The translations under genes and the position numbers were made by a program. The notes beneath the pieces are model-generated. The model did not search any database. It saw only the letters and a list, made by a program, of their open reading frames with translations, and was not told the DNA's origin. Of a DNA stretch of 64,000 nt, positions 46,677-56,273 are shown piece by piece; the stretch's first letter is position 1; each line of letters opens with the position of its first letter. This DNA is from a virus. Lineage: Duplodnaviria; Caudoviricetes. The DNA lies in IMG/VR virus record IMGVR_UViG_3300037067_027616, positions 224,001 through 288,000 of that record, one strand, 5' to 3'.

Positions 46677-48620
46677 ATGGCTGAAGAAACACAGGGCAGG
46701 CGCTCAAGAACGCGTGTGGTGAAGACTGCCTCAAACAGAAACGTCCGGGTTACGGATTCCGAGGGCATCCAGGCGAGTTCCAAGCTCACCGACAACGAGC
46801 TGAAAGCGCGGTCTTTCCGCAAGTATGCAACGACGTCCTTCGGCTTCAACAGCCGCTCGGCGTACGATGCCTACGGCAGTGGCGGGTTTGCGATGAGCCA
46901 ATATGGAAATTTCTATTCTCCACAGCTCTCGACAGACTTCCTTGAAAAGCCCCAGAACAGACGCGAACGGCATGCGTGGTACAGACTATTCTATAACAGC
47001 AATGAATACGTAGGAGCGGCGGTTGACCTGCATAGCACGATGCCCCTTTCGAAAATACGCCTTGAGAAGCCAAAGGGGAAGAACAAGGAACAGATCGACT
47101 ACATGTATGACTTCTTCGTCGAGATGTGTGATGAGATGAAGTTGTTCAAGACGCTGATCGAGATAAGTCACGAATACCATTTGTTGGGTAATAGCTACAT
47201 GTTCGCCGAGGAACACGACCCCTACAAGTCTGATAACCCAGATTATGTGGCGGAGATGCGGGAAAAGGGTCGTTTGGAGTCGGAGAGACTCTTCAAAGAA
47301 TTTGGCGTCGTAGATCGCGACCCGAACTACAAGGGGTGGAAGCGCATCATAATTCTTCCGCCGGATCAAGTCATCGTCAAACGTCAAGTGATGTCCGATG
47401 ACTCGTACATCGAATTTATACCAGATCCCGACACACGCAAGGCAATCCTCAATTCAAGAGACGAGCCGGACATATTTCAGCAACAGGGACGCGAACCTGC
47501 TCCGCCTCCGCCGGACGTACCAGACAGCATCGCCAATGCACTCCGCGACAACGGGGCCATACCGCTCGACACTGATCCGTACAGCGGGTCGCATGTGTAC
47601 CACCTGTGTCGCAAGAAGTGCCAGTACGAAACATACGGCGTTTCTGTGCTTGAACGGTGCATCAACACGCTCCTGTTTTGGGACAAGCTCCGCCAGGCGC
47701 AGACATCCATCGCCTCCCGGCACATGACGCCATTCAGGATCGTGTGGGCCGCGAACCTCGCTGAACACGATGTCGAGGATCTTCGCGCGCAGGTAGACCT
47801 TGCATTGGTGGATCCTGACTATTCCATCATTACGAACTACGAGGTGCATTGGGATGAACAGGGTTCGAATGGACGTCTTCTGTCCCTCACCGCCGAATAC
47901 GAACAATGCGAGAATGCTTTGTTCGCAGGACTTGGTGTGACCCGCGAAATGCTGACCGGAGAATCAACATACCAGGGCAACAGGCTGACTTTGGAGATAT
48001 TGAACAAGCAGTATCTGCTATTCCGGGAGATGCTCCAGGAATACGTCGAGAATTATTTGTTCAAGCCCGTGGCGAAGAAGAAGGGCTTCGTGGAGAAGGA
48101 CAAATACGGCCGCGAACGCCTTCTTTATCCTCATTTGAGTTTCACGCGACTTGCCATCCGCGATAACGACACGTTTTTCGACCAAGCAATGCAGTTGTTC
48201 AATAAGGGTTCAGTGCCTGTCGACATCATACTCGAGATGCTTAACATCGACCCCGATTCGGCGAGAAGTAAGATTGAGGCCGACATGTTCACGAGTAACG
48301 ACCCGTCCTTCAACCAATTCATGGTCGGCTTGTATCAAGCGGCGGCCAATAAGATGGCTGAAACCCACAACGTCACCGAGCGCCTGGCTGACTACCTGTC
48401 TCTGCAGGCTGTGCCACAGCCCCCGGGCGGAGCGGAAGGTGCGCCTCCGGGTGGACCTATGGGAAGGTTCTCGAGTACGGGTTTGAGTCCTGAAAGGCAG
48501 GCCGCGCTTAATAAAATAGTACGCACCCTTGCATCCAATCCTGCCAAACTCGATGAACTGACGAAAAGAATGCAAAGGACCCAGATTAAAAAGAACAAAG
48601 GCGAAGGAAATGCTTCGTAG
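46677..48620 (+). CDS. Portal protein
   Basis: V.AAVD.....P helix, LLGNSY, YGVSVL, ALFAGLGV..EML layout typical of portals; head-module position. Confidence 0.75.
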   Translation: MAEETQGRRSRTRVVKTASNRNVRVTDSEGIQASSKLTDNELKARSFRKYATTSFGFNSRSAYDAYGSGGFAMSQYGNFYSPQLSTDFLEKPQNRRERHAWYRLFYNSNEYVGAAVDLHSTMPLSKIRLEKPKGKNKEQIDYMYDFFVEMCDEMKLFKTLIEISHEYHLLGNSYMFAEEHDPYKSDNPDYVAEMREKGRLESERLFKEFGVVDRDPNYKGWKRIIILPPDQVIVKRQVMSDDSYIEFIPDPDTRKAILNSRDEPDIFQQQGREPAPPPPDVPDSIANALRDNGAIPLDTDPYSGSHVYHLCRKKCQYETYGVSVLERCINTLLFWDKLRQAQTSIASRHMTPFRIVWAANLAEHDVEDLRAQVDLALVDPDYSIITNYEVHWDEQGSNGRLLSLTAEYEQCENALFAGLGVTREMLTGESTYQGNRLTLEILNKQYLLFREMLQEYVENYLFKPVAKKKGFVEKDKYGRERLLYPHLSFTRLAIRDNDTFFDQAMQLFNKGSVPVDIILEMLNIDPDSARSKIEADMFTSNDPSFNQFMVGLYQAAANKMAETHNVTERLADYLSLQAVPQPPGGAEGAPPGGPMGRFSSTGLSPERQAALNKIVRTLASNPAKLDELTKRMQRTQIKKNKGEGNAS

Positions 48621-48987
48621 AATCACGGACTATATACGGGTGTGCGCGGACGAGATGGAAGATGCCCCGGCGGTGGCCGACTTGAATAAGACGGACATCA
48701 ACGGTGACCCCATGGATACGGTGCCTGTGTCAGATGAAAGTACCCCCGTGGACACAAACCTGGATAACAGCGGTGATAGGGGTCCGGGGGCCCCAAGGAA
48801 GCCTGGGCTGTTTGAGGAGTCTCCGAAGCCCACGGCTGGTCCGCAGATACGGGCGCCAAGGAGGCAACACGCGCAACACCGAAAATGGAACGCCGACACG
48901 CGCCGGCAGAAGATGCGTGAGTACATGCAACAGTATAGAGGTACAGGTAAGATAAACGACCGCAAGACGCAAACGAGAGGGGCGTAA
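48610..48987 (+). CDS. Hypothetical protein
   Basis: Coupled ORF, acidic N-half and basic C-tail. Confidence 0.55.
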   Translation: MLRRITDYIRVCADEMEDAPAVADLNKTDINGDPMDTVPVSDESTPVDTNLDNSGDRGPGAPRKPGLFEESPKPTAGPQIRAPRRQHAQHRKWNADTRRQKMREYMQQYRGTGKINDRKTQTRGA

Positions 48988-48991
48988 CCAC

Positions 48992-49288
48992 ATGGCGAAA
49001 AACAAGGTACCAAGGGAACTTCTGAAACAGGTTGAGGTCATCGAGGGGGTCATCAAGGCTTTAAACGATCTCACGGACACCAATAAGGTGCAGATGATGT
49101 ATTACGGCGTGGACTTCCAAGAAGTCCTCGTGGAGATGCAGAAGGATGCCACCGTGCTCCGCGGGAAGCTTGAGATTTTCAAGAACAAGATGGAAGAGGC
49201 CGCGACCTACACTTTTTATGATAGCGCAAGGTTCGCGTCATCCGATAAGGTTGTAGACGGGTTCTTGTCTGGTCCGAACGAAGAGTAA
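48992..49288 (+). CDS. Hypothetical protein
   Basis: GAGGGG RBS. Confidence 0.6.
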   Translation: MAKNKVPRELLKQVEVIEGVIKALNDLTDTNKVQMMYYGVDFQEVLVEMQKDATVLRGKLEIFKNKMEEAATYTFYDSARFASSDKVVDGFLSGPNEE

Positions 49289-49291
49289 CGG

Positions 49292-49723
49292 ATGCCCAAT
49301 GACCTTATAAGGGTGGGGCCGCGCAAACCCGTAGGTTACATGCCTTTGAAGGAACTTGATGACCTTGACGGGGTAAGGAAAGATCTTGAATCGCGCGGCT
49401 TGTCAGTCGTAGTCATGGATGACAGGGAGTGCAACATCGAAAGCGGGGCGATGGTCGCCTATGACCGGGATGCCTTGGGAAGTTTGTTGAAGTCCCACCG
49501 ATCGATACTCGCCAAAAGTCAGTGGCCTGATGACCCTGATTCATTCATAAGGCACCACATGATCCATAACGCCCCGTTCAGGACTAAATTGTATGACCTT
49601 GTCGCCGATGCCTACGGCGATTTTGAAAATCATTTCAGGAGCAATTCGAGATCCGGTGCGAAAGTCGCTGTCAGTTGTGTGACCTTCGGCCTCCTTCATG
49701 CGTTCAAATCCCACCTTTTCTAA
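49292..49723 (+). CDS. Hypothetical protein
   Basis: 143-aa ORF in operon. Confidence 0.6.
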   Translation: MPNDLIRVGPRKPVGYMPLKELDDLDGVRKDLESRGLSVVVMDDRECNIESGAMVAYDRDALGSLLKSHRSILAKSQWPDDPDSFIRHHMIHNAPFRTKLYDLVADAYGDFENHFRSNSRSGAKVAVSCVTFGLLHAFKSHLF

Positions 49724-49735
49724 TAACGTGTTAAT
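49721..49735 (+). promoter_or_regulatory. Candidate late promoter TAATA-N5-TTAAT
   Basis: TAATAACGTGTTAAT. Confidence 0.4.
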
Positions 49736-49847
49736 ATGGATCACAAGGACGTATGGTGACCTGCGCCTTTTCGGTGCATGTGTCGAATCATGCCAATAAC
49801 GGGTCGTCCGTATCTACGGGCGCACACGTGTGCCAGAAGGAATACCT

Positions 49848-51233
49848 ATGGCTGATAAGAAGGAAGTAAAGCCCGCCGAGAAGAAATTGGGTGATGTCCT
49901 TGACAAGCACCCTACCGTGCAAAACAACGCTCGGGATCTTTTCAGGAATCAAAACGGCACGACAATCGTTCAAGAACGTGTGCCGCGTGGTGACCTCCCT
50001 CAAGATGAAGTCATCATGCCCCGCAATGAGTTCGACCTCACCGAAGACGACTTGAAGGGACTCGCGGAACACGCGAAGAAAATGATTGACCCGGTGCTTG
50101 CAAAGTACGATGAGGATGTCGCACTTGAGGATGCTTTGTCCAAAGCGGTGTGGTCAAAGGACGGAAGCAAGTACCAGAGCAGGCTCAGCGCTTGTACGCA
50201 GAAGTTGGTACTTGACATTATGAAGGGCGGCAAGGGTTCTTCGAAGAAGGCATCTGTGAGACGTACGATGCGTGAGGTTGCCGAGGAACTTGAGAAAAAA
50301 GGTTTGATTAAGGAGTACGATTATGCTCTCCCCCAACATTGGGTGGATGAGTTTGCCGGTAAGCTGAAGAAGGATAATAAAGAAAACGGTTACGATATTG
50401 TTATTGGGTCATTTATTTGGGCGTACGACAAAACGGGATCTACGGGATACCCATTTCCGGTCACTGATGAGGCTGAAACTCTTCTAGAGAAATACTACCC
50501 AAACTACTATCGGGCAGTGCAGGACGCCAAAAAGAATGCTGTGTCAACACCCAAAGCTGCAAGCATCGACTCCCTCGTGGACGCGATACCGACATCAATG
50601 GCCGACATAGAGAAGGCCAATGCACCAAAAAAAGGTAATAAACCCCCCAAGGAGGCTGGGATGGATAAGGAAATGTTGCGCAAGGAAGCTAACGACCTTG
50701 CAAAGAAGCTGGACGCTCTGAAGGTTCTTCTGGGCGAAGAAGATGAGAAGGAAGAGGCTGCGGTCGAGGATAAGGACGCCGGATCAAAAAAAGGCCCGGG
50801 TATTCCTGATGCCACCGGCCCACGTGCGGGTACTGATAAGTGTCCGAAGAGTGACAAGCCGGAAGAGGCTTCTGCATGCGGTGAAGTCGCTGATTCTTCA
50901 GTGTTGGCGAGCCTCGATGAGATCGCCGAACTTGTGGAAAAAGAAGCCCGCGAGAAGCAGGATCTCGACCTGTTCAGGATCGCCTATCAAATCGACTGCG
51001 TGTCGGACTACCTTGGTGGAAGCAAGGACGCGAGCACCCTTCAGCAGGATCCTGATGAGGATTTCATGCGGAAGGCTTTCCACTCCGGTGTGAATGAGCA
51101 TGATGCGGACGAGCCGTACATGAAGGAATTCAACAACGACAACACGAAGGAAACAAGCCGCGTGGTCGGCAACATCAGCGTGCAACACAAGAATGCTTCA
51201 ACGCTGCCGTACTCCGTGAAGAAAGACGCATAA
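49848..51233 (+). CDS. Modular probable internal head protein
   Basis: AAGGA RBS; segments bounded by KKAS, KAAS, KEAG, KDAG, KDAS, KNAS. Confidence 0.6.
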   Translation: MADKKEVKPAEKKLGDVLDKHPTVQNNARDLFRNQNGTTIVQERVPRGDLPQDEVIMPRNEFDLTEDDLKGLAEHAKKMIDPVLAKYDEDVALEDALSKAVWSKDGSKYQSRLSACTQKLVLDIMKGGKGSSKKASVRRTMREVAEELEKKGLIKEYDYALPQHWVDEFAGKLKKDNKENGYDIVIGSFIWAYDKTGSTGYPFPVTDEAETLLEKYYPNYYRAVQDAKKNAVSTPKAASIDSLVDAIPTSMADIEKANAPKKGNKPPKEAGMDKEMLRKEANDLAKKLDALKVLLGEEDEKEEAAVEDKDAGSKKGPGIPDATGPRAGTDKCPKSDKPEEASACGEVADSSVLASLDEIAELVEKEAREKQDLDLFRIAYQIDCVSDYLGGSKDASTLQQDPDEDFMRKAFHSGVNEHDADEPYMKEFNNDNTKETSRVVGNISVQHKNASTLPYSVKKDA

Positions 51234-51252
51234 CCCCAAGGGGGATCGAAAG

Positions 51253-52233
51253 ATGCCGGGACTATTCCCCAATCCGTCAGCGGCCCCTGAAGCGTTCCAG
51301 CCTGGTGATCAAGTCAGGTGGTACGTGGGAGACGCTCACATATCTCCGTACGTAGGCGTGGTCACGCAGGTTCAACCGGGAATCCAGAAGGTCGATGTCG
51401 AATTTCCGGTGGGTGGCAACCAAAGGATGTCACCAGAGGACCTCATACTCGTCACTCGTTTCGTGGGTGAGGCCCCTCTCAAAGGCGACACTGGCTATAG
51501 TAGTTATGATAAAGCCAGGTCGCTAGATGGATATGGTACATTCAAGCAGAACCTTAGGGAGATGGCAAAGGTCGTGGTTTCCAAGAAGGCCTCCCAAGAT
51601 GGAAAGCCTATGGCCACAGTCATCGCCGAGAGGTTCGCATCGGAGGTTGTCGAGGAATTGGCATCTGATGTGCTGGATTGTGCCAACAAAGGTATGACCG
51701 ATGTCACCGCGTATCAGAGGATCTACCCGAAGTATGCCTCAAAGTGTTCCGATGCATTCCTGCGAGGCGCCGTCAGAAGGGTGTACGCAGCAGGGGCGCC
51801 AAGGTGGACGGTGTCCAACACAGAACTTGACGAGTGGTCAGAACGCGACCGCAATTCGGTCATCCTCAAGGACAAGGCCTCTGGAAAATCCATCATGGAA
51901 TGGTGGGACGAGGCCGTACACGATGCGGTCGAAGATGGTTTTCTGACCATGGGCAAGGGTAAGGGTCGCCTGCATCAAGACGCTGTGGATTATGCAAACG
52001 AGCGTGGTCTCAAGCCACAGTCGTCAGACAAATGGCACAAATCATTTCAAGAGGCCGAGAAGTTACGGAGTGAAGACAAGGATGCCGCCAATCAAGGTGA
52101 TAAGAAATGCATGATTTGTGGCAAACCTGTGCTTGATAAAGATCCTGAAGTACAGTTGTGCAAGGCCTGTGGCGATGAACGCAAAGAAGAAGCGGAGAAG
52201 GGTGCTCGGCCGATAGATGAAAGAGTACCTTGA
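51253..52233 (+). CDS. Modular probable internal head protein
   Basis: SH3-like N-domain, helical middle, separate C-module, CxxC pair. Confidence 0.55.
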   Translation: MPGLFPNPSAAPEAFQPGDQVRWYVGDAHISPYVGVVTQVQPGIQKVDVEFPVGGNQRMSPEDLILVTRFVGEAPLKGDTGYSSYDKARSLDGYGTFKQNLREMAKVVVSKKASQDGKPMATVIAERFASEVVEELASDVLDCANKGMTDVTAYQRIYPKYASKCSDAFLRGAVRRVYAAGAPRWTVSNTELDEWSERDRNSVILKDKASGKSIMEWWDEAVHDAVEDGFLTMGKGKGRLHQDAVDYANERGLKPQSSDKWHKSFQEAEKLRSEDKDAANQGDKKCMICGKPVLDKDPEVQLCKACGDERKEEAEKGARPIDERVP

Positions 52234-52672
52234 TTCTTGGGGTCCCACAAGGATAATCAATATGACTGTTTACAGTAAACTATCATCGATGCTCGATTCC
52301 GTTGCTGACCGTCTTGAAGCTAAAGGTCTTGTTAAAGAAGCCACGGATATTGATGCTATCAGTAACACTATAGAAGCTGCCGTAGCTAAACAGTTGTTTG
52401 ATGAATACGGAAACTTCCATGGTAAGATCCCGAAGGAAGCCGTTAGAGATTGTTCAGGCCCAGGGCAGGCTGACGAGGCCGTGAAGCATTGGCGCAAGAA
52501 GCTGAACTTCGAAGTCCCCCGGCAGAAGGCTATCCAATATCTCAAAGAATACGGGGCATGGGACCTTGATGAACTGAATGCCTTGGATGATGAGGAACTC
52601 GCGGAAAAGGTGCTGTGGATCGCTTGTGGTGATATTAAGGAACATGGTGAGTGGTTCGGGTTGGTACACTAG
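52217..52672 (+). CDS. Helical leader motif plus small unknown domain
   Basis: LDSVADRLEAKGLVKEATDIDAI followed by a compact domain; true start may be 52262. Confidence 0.55.
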   Translation: MKEYLDSWGPTRIINMTVYSKLSSMLDSVADRLEAKGLVKEATDIDAISNTIEAAVAKQLFDEYGNFHGKIPKEAVRDCSGPGQADEAVKHWRKKLNFEVPRQKAIQYLKEYGAWDLDELNALDDEELAEKVLWIACGDIKEHGEWFGLVH

Positions 52673-52685
52673 GAGATAATGACCT

Positions 52686-54317
52686 ATGGCGATGCTCAAG
52701 TACGGACATGCCGTAGTCGCAACACCGGTGGTCGACCCCGGCAAATGGGTGGACAAGGTCACTCCGGCGGGCAGGATTAAGGTCGCCAAAAACGTCATTG
52801 CGACTTATGACCCCTCTAAGTGGTTGCTGTCCCATGTTACTATCGTGGCTTCTGTTGATACCGATTTGGCTGACTCAAAAGATCCTAAAAGCAACTACTT
52901 CATCAAGCCCGAATACAGCATCTTCGTAAACAACAATGGAGATTCGTGGGAGCGCGTTCTTTTGAAAGCGTGCTATAAAACGTTCCTTGGTGCCAACTCT
53001 TATGTCGAACACGTCCAAATTCCTGAATGCTCTAAAGGTAAAGTAATCGATATTGCTATGCGTGAAGTTCCGTTTATGAAGGGCCAAGATGGTAAAGATT
53101 TGACTACCGTCTACGTGGATATCCTCATAGCAAATAGCCGTAAGCATACGGATTTAGTTGAGAAAATAACTTCAGGTGAATATTCAGCCGTTTCCATGGG
53201 TTGCCTTATAAAATATTCCCAATGTTCTCAATGTGGTAACATCGCCGCAGACGAGTCGAAAGCCTGCAAACACGTACGGTTCTTCAAAAAGAATTTTTTC
53301 TACGACAAAAACGGCGTGCGTCGAATCATTGCCGAACTTTGTGGCCGCGCAGAGGAACCAGACAGTTGCCGATTCATCGATGCCTCTTGGGTGCGTAAAC
53401 CTGCCTTTGAGGGCGCCGTACTCCGTAATCTCATTGAGCCAAATAGTATCGATGTCGGAGACAAATTCACCAAGGCTTTCGCAGTACCTGGGTTCGTGAA
53501 GATGGACGGCATGTACTTGAAGGCCGCAGCGGTACAGGCCGCCAATGACCTTGTCAACGAGATACAGGCCGCAGACGAGCCTGCGCCGAAGGCAGATACC
53601 CCGCCTCCGCCGCCCCCTGCGGAAGAAGCGCCTCCTGCTGATGATTCGAGGTTCCCTGAAGCCCCTGCAGGAACCGAGGAGCCACCTGCGGAAGCGCCCG
53701 CCGGCGGTGGTGGTGCTGATTTGGGTCTTGGAGGCGGCGGAGGAGGTGCTCCTGCAGAAGGTGCACCGGATCAGCCCGCGCAAATGCAGGTGGAGGAGCC
53801 TATACAGGACGCTACGGTGAAGGAAGTTAAGGACATGCTCAAGAAGCTTGTCCTCAATGATTTGCGCCGTGAGTTGCTCAAGGGCAGTGCGTCAGTGGCT
53901 ACGCCGCCTGAGGAGCGTCCCACAGAGGCGGAGAATGCAAGCCAGACGAGCCTTGTTAAAGATGCCTCTTTTAGTCGTATGGTGAAGATGGCTTCCAAGG
54001 AAGTTGGCGATCGGTTGGCGAACGGGTTGTTGATTCTTTCGAACTTGAATGATTGGGGCCGGATGCGCCGATACGGTTACAATAGAGATGACGTGTTGGG
54101 CATCTTATGGTATATGGACAGGAAGTCTTCGAGTTCACCAGTAGGACCGGATGCGGTCAAGGCGTTGAGCAAGGTGCGCTTGGCATCTGATGGAGATGCC
54201 CGCCGTTTCTTCACCGAGATGATCGTGGAGATCGGCCGTAAGCCGTCCGTGGTGGAGTCGAGGAAACTCCTAAAATGGGCGGGCATACTTAACCGTGTCA
54301 GCAGGGTTGCCAGATGA
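52686..54317 (+). CDS. Prohead maturation protease (HK97-like) with Pro-rich linker and C-domain
   Basis: NNNGD, VEH, SAVSMGC, FIDASWVRKPAF; upstream of scaffold and capsid genes. Confidence 0.7.
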   Translation: MAMLKYGHAVVATPVVDPGKWVDKVTPAGRIKVAKNVIATYDPSKWLLSHVTIVASVDTDLADSKDPKSNYFIKPEYSIFVNNNGDSWERVLLKACYKTFLGANSYVEHVQIPECSKGKVIDIAMREVPFMKGQDGKDLTTVYVDILIANSRKHTDLVEKITSGEYSAVSMGCLIKYSQCSQCGNIAADESKACKHVRFFKKNFFYDKNGVRRIIAELCGRAEEPDSCRFIDASWVRKPAFEGAVLRNLIEPNSIDVGDKFTKAFAVPGFVKMDGMYLKAAAVQAANDLVNEIQAADEPAPKADTPPPPPPAEEAPPADDSRFPEAPAGTEEPPAEAPAGGGGADLGLGGGGGGAPAEGAPDQPAQMQVEEPIQDATVKEVKDMLKKLVLNDLRRELLKGSASVATPPEERPTEAENASQTSLVKDASFSRMVKMASKEVGDRLANGLLILSNLNDWGRMRRYGYNRDDVLGILWYMDRKSSSSPVGPDAVKALSKVRLASDGDARRFFTEMIVEIGRKPSVVESRKLLKWAGILNRVSRVAR

Positions 54318-54357
54318 TAATCCGTCCACCGTTGGAAGGATTCAGGGGATCGATTCG

Positions 54358-54372
54358 TAATACTCTATTAAT
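54358..54372 (+). promoter_or_regulatory. Candidate late promoter TAATA-N5-TTAAT
   Basis: TAATACTCTATTAAT upstream of the scaffold/capsid operon. Confidence 0.5.
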
Positions 54373-54448
54373 ACCTGAAATTTGTTGATAATACACATGT
54401 GCGGCTCTCCTTGTGGGAGTGCCGAAACAGGTCTCTAAGGAGGAGAAC

Positions 54449-55582
54449 ATGAGGCAGCGACTCACTACCCGCACCGCCGAGGATCTCACGGTAAAGTCCA
54501 AGGGCGACGTGAAGGAGAGCAAGGGTTCGGGGATCGACAACGACGTGTACGATCAGAACGACACCGGTCATGAGAAGAACGACCCGGATCGTGGCGAGTA
54601 CGCGAAAGGTGATCCTTCAGCATGGGCCGAGGATGTTCATACGAAGCCCGTCAACAAGGATGACAAGAACCGCGAAGAGACAGGGCATGCCCCGCTCGTC
54701 GACAAGCATGCAGCCGCCGAAGCAATCGCGACTGTGCGCAAACTTGAAGAGAAGGCCGCTCGTTGCATCGTGGCCGCTCAGCGGACACTGCCTGGCGCCG
54801 ACCGTGATATGGTCGAGGCACAGGCCGCATCGTTCATGCACATGCCCGACAGCGAACTGAATGCGACCCTCTCGCGCCAGGAAAAGCTGGCCAAGATGAT
54901 CGCCGGTGCCGCTGAAGAAGTTACGAAGGAAACCGAGGAAAAGACCGCTGAAGAAGTGAAGACCCCGGAAGCATCGAATGCCCCCGAAGCCGTGAAGGCC
55001 CCGGAAGCATCGAAAGAAGAGGAAGCTGGCAAGAAGGGCGAAATTCCTCCGCAGTTCCTGAAGGGTAAGAAGGAAGATAAGAAGGAAGATGAAGATCTTC
55101 CCGCATTCCTGCAGAAGAAACTCGCATCCATCGAAGCTGAACTCGCAACATTGAAGGAAGCCACAAAGAAGGGCGTGAGTTCCATCAACACGAACAAGTC
55201 CGAGATGAACATATCCAACGCGTCCGATGAGGGTGCGAAGGAAGAGGCTCCGAAGGCCGAGGAAGCACCGAAGGAAGAGAAGGCTGAGGAACCGAAGGAA
55301 GATAAGAAGGAAGATAAGAAGGAAGAGAAGAAGGAAGATAAGGAAGAGAAGAAGGATGATGACAGCGATGAAATCACCTTCGGCGATGAAGAGGAAGGCA
55401 AGGATGCTTCCGATGACTCTCTGCTCAACCAGATATTCAGCACGGTGACCGCGTCGGCCGATAAAAAGGGCGCCGCGACACTGTCTGGCTTGGTGAAGAA
55501 GCAGGCGAGTTCCGGAACTACCGATCTCGACTCGATTCTGATGGACGGGACGCCTCCGAGCGTCAACCATCTCTTCCAGTAA
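54449..55582 (+). CDS. Probable capsid scaffold protein
   Basis: AAGGAGG RBS; E/K/A low complexity; between protease and capsid genes. Confidence 0.6.
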   Translation: MRQRLTTRTAEDLTVKSKGDVKESKGSGIDNDVYDQNDTGHEKNDPDRGEYAKGDPSAWAEDVHTKPVNKDDKNREETGHAPLVDKHAAAEAIATVRKLEEKAARCIVAAQRTLPGADRDMVEAQAASFMHMPDSELNATLSRQEKLAKMIAGAAEEVTKETEEKTAEEVKTPEASNAPEAVKAPEASKEEEAGKKGEIPPQFLKGKKEDKKEDEDLPAFLQKKLASIEAELATLKEATKKGVSSINTNKSEMNISNASDEGAKEEAPKAEEAPKEEKAEEPKEDKKEDKKEEKKEDKEEKKDDDSDEITFGDEEEGKDASDDSLLNQIFSTVTASADKKGAATLSGLVKKQASSGTTDLDSILMDGTPPSVNHLFQ

Positions 55583-55594
55583 GAGGATTTTTCC

Positions 55595-55622
55595 GCCACC
55601 TGCGGCCGATCCCGCAGGTGGC
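55595..55622 (+). other. 11-bp GC-rich hairpin without U-tract (stabiliser or processing site)
   Basis: GCCACCTGCGG-CCGATC-CCGCAGGTGGC. Confidence 0.6.
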
Positions 55623-55624
55623 AT

Positions 55625-55683
55625 AGTAGTAAACAGTACCCGCCCCATGTGGGGATTGGGTGAACAACAGGAGGAAGAACATG
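55625..55683 (+). promoter_or_regulatory. Conserved leader, copy 1
   Basis: AGTAGTAAAC..CCCGCCCC-ATGT-GGGGATTGGGT..AACAGGAGGAAGAACATG. Confidence 0.75.
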
Positions 55684-56196
55684 ATCGGTGAAGGCAGTGG
55701 AATAGTTCCTGACAGGGGCATGAACTACCTCGCAAGAGGTACGCTCAACACGCTGATGAATCTGACGGAAGCGGATCTGACGCAGGACAACGATGCTCTC
55801 ACGACATCGACCCGCGTCGGTGCGGACACCCCGAAGGGCCTGCTCGCAGGTTCAGTTGTGGCAGTCGGCGCCAGTGGAACCGTAGAGCATGCTGCTGCGG
55901 CGTCCACGGATGTGGTTGGTATCGTGGTGAACAATGCGGTTGGTTATCCGTACGAGTCGTCATCGGGCGTCGGAAGCGGCAAGTGTGTGTATCTGCACGG
56001 TGCCAGTTCTGTGTTCACGACCGACCTGTATGAAACCGCAGGTCTCGCAGGCGGCGCGTGGGCGGCAGGTAACTTGGTGTACTCATCGGCTGGTGGATTT
56101 TTGACGAACGTTGATGGTGGTGGAACAGTAATCGGCGTGGTGCTTATCGCCCCGTCGGCAACGGATCCGTTCATGGCCGTCCAGATGAGGATCTAA
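55681..56196 (+). CDS. Capsid decoration/cement protein
   Basis: Small Gly/Ala-rich beta protein just upstream of the MCP; strong RBS. Confidence 0.65.
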   Translation: MIGEGSGIVPDRGMNYLARGTLNTLMNLTEADLTQDNDALTTSTRVGADTPKGLLAGSVVAVGASGTVEHAAAASTDVVGIVVNNAVGYPYESSSGVGSGKCVYLHGASSVFTTDLYETAGLAGGAWAAGNLVYSSAGGFLTNVDGGGTVIGVVLIAPSATDPFMAVQMRI

Positions 56197-56273
56197 GTAG
56201 TAAACGCGGTAAACTATCCCGCCCCGTGTTGGGGATTGGGTAACGGTGAAAGGAAACAGGAGGAAGAAACATG
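56196..56273 (+). promoter_or_regulatory. Conserved leader, copy 2
   Basis: AGTAGTAAAC..CCCGCCCC-GTGTT-GGGGATTGGGT..AACAGGAGGAAGAAACATG. Confidence 0.75.

Noticed and set aside
54950-55360. Short tandem repeats such as AAGGAAGATAAG
   Set aside because: In-frame KKED/PEAS coding repeats of the scaffold, not a separate DNA element
54617-55735. Long antisense ORFs over the scaffold gene (372 and 273 aa)
   Set aside because: Shadow of GAA/AAG low-complexity codons giving F/L/S-rich translations
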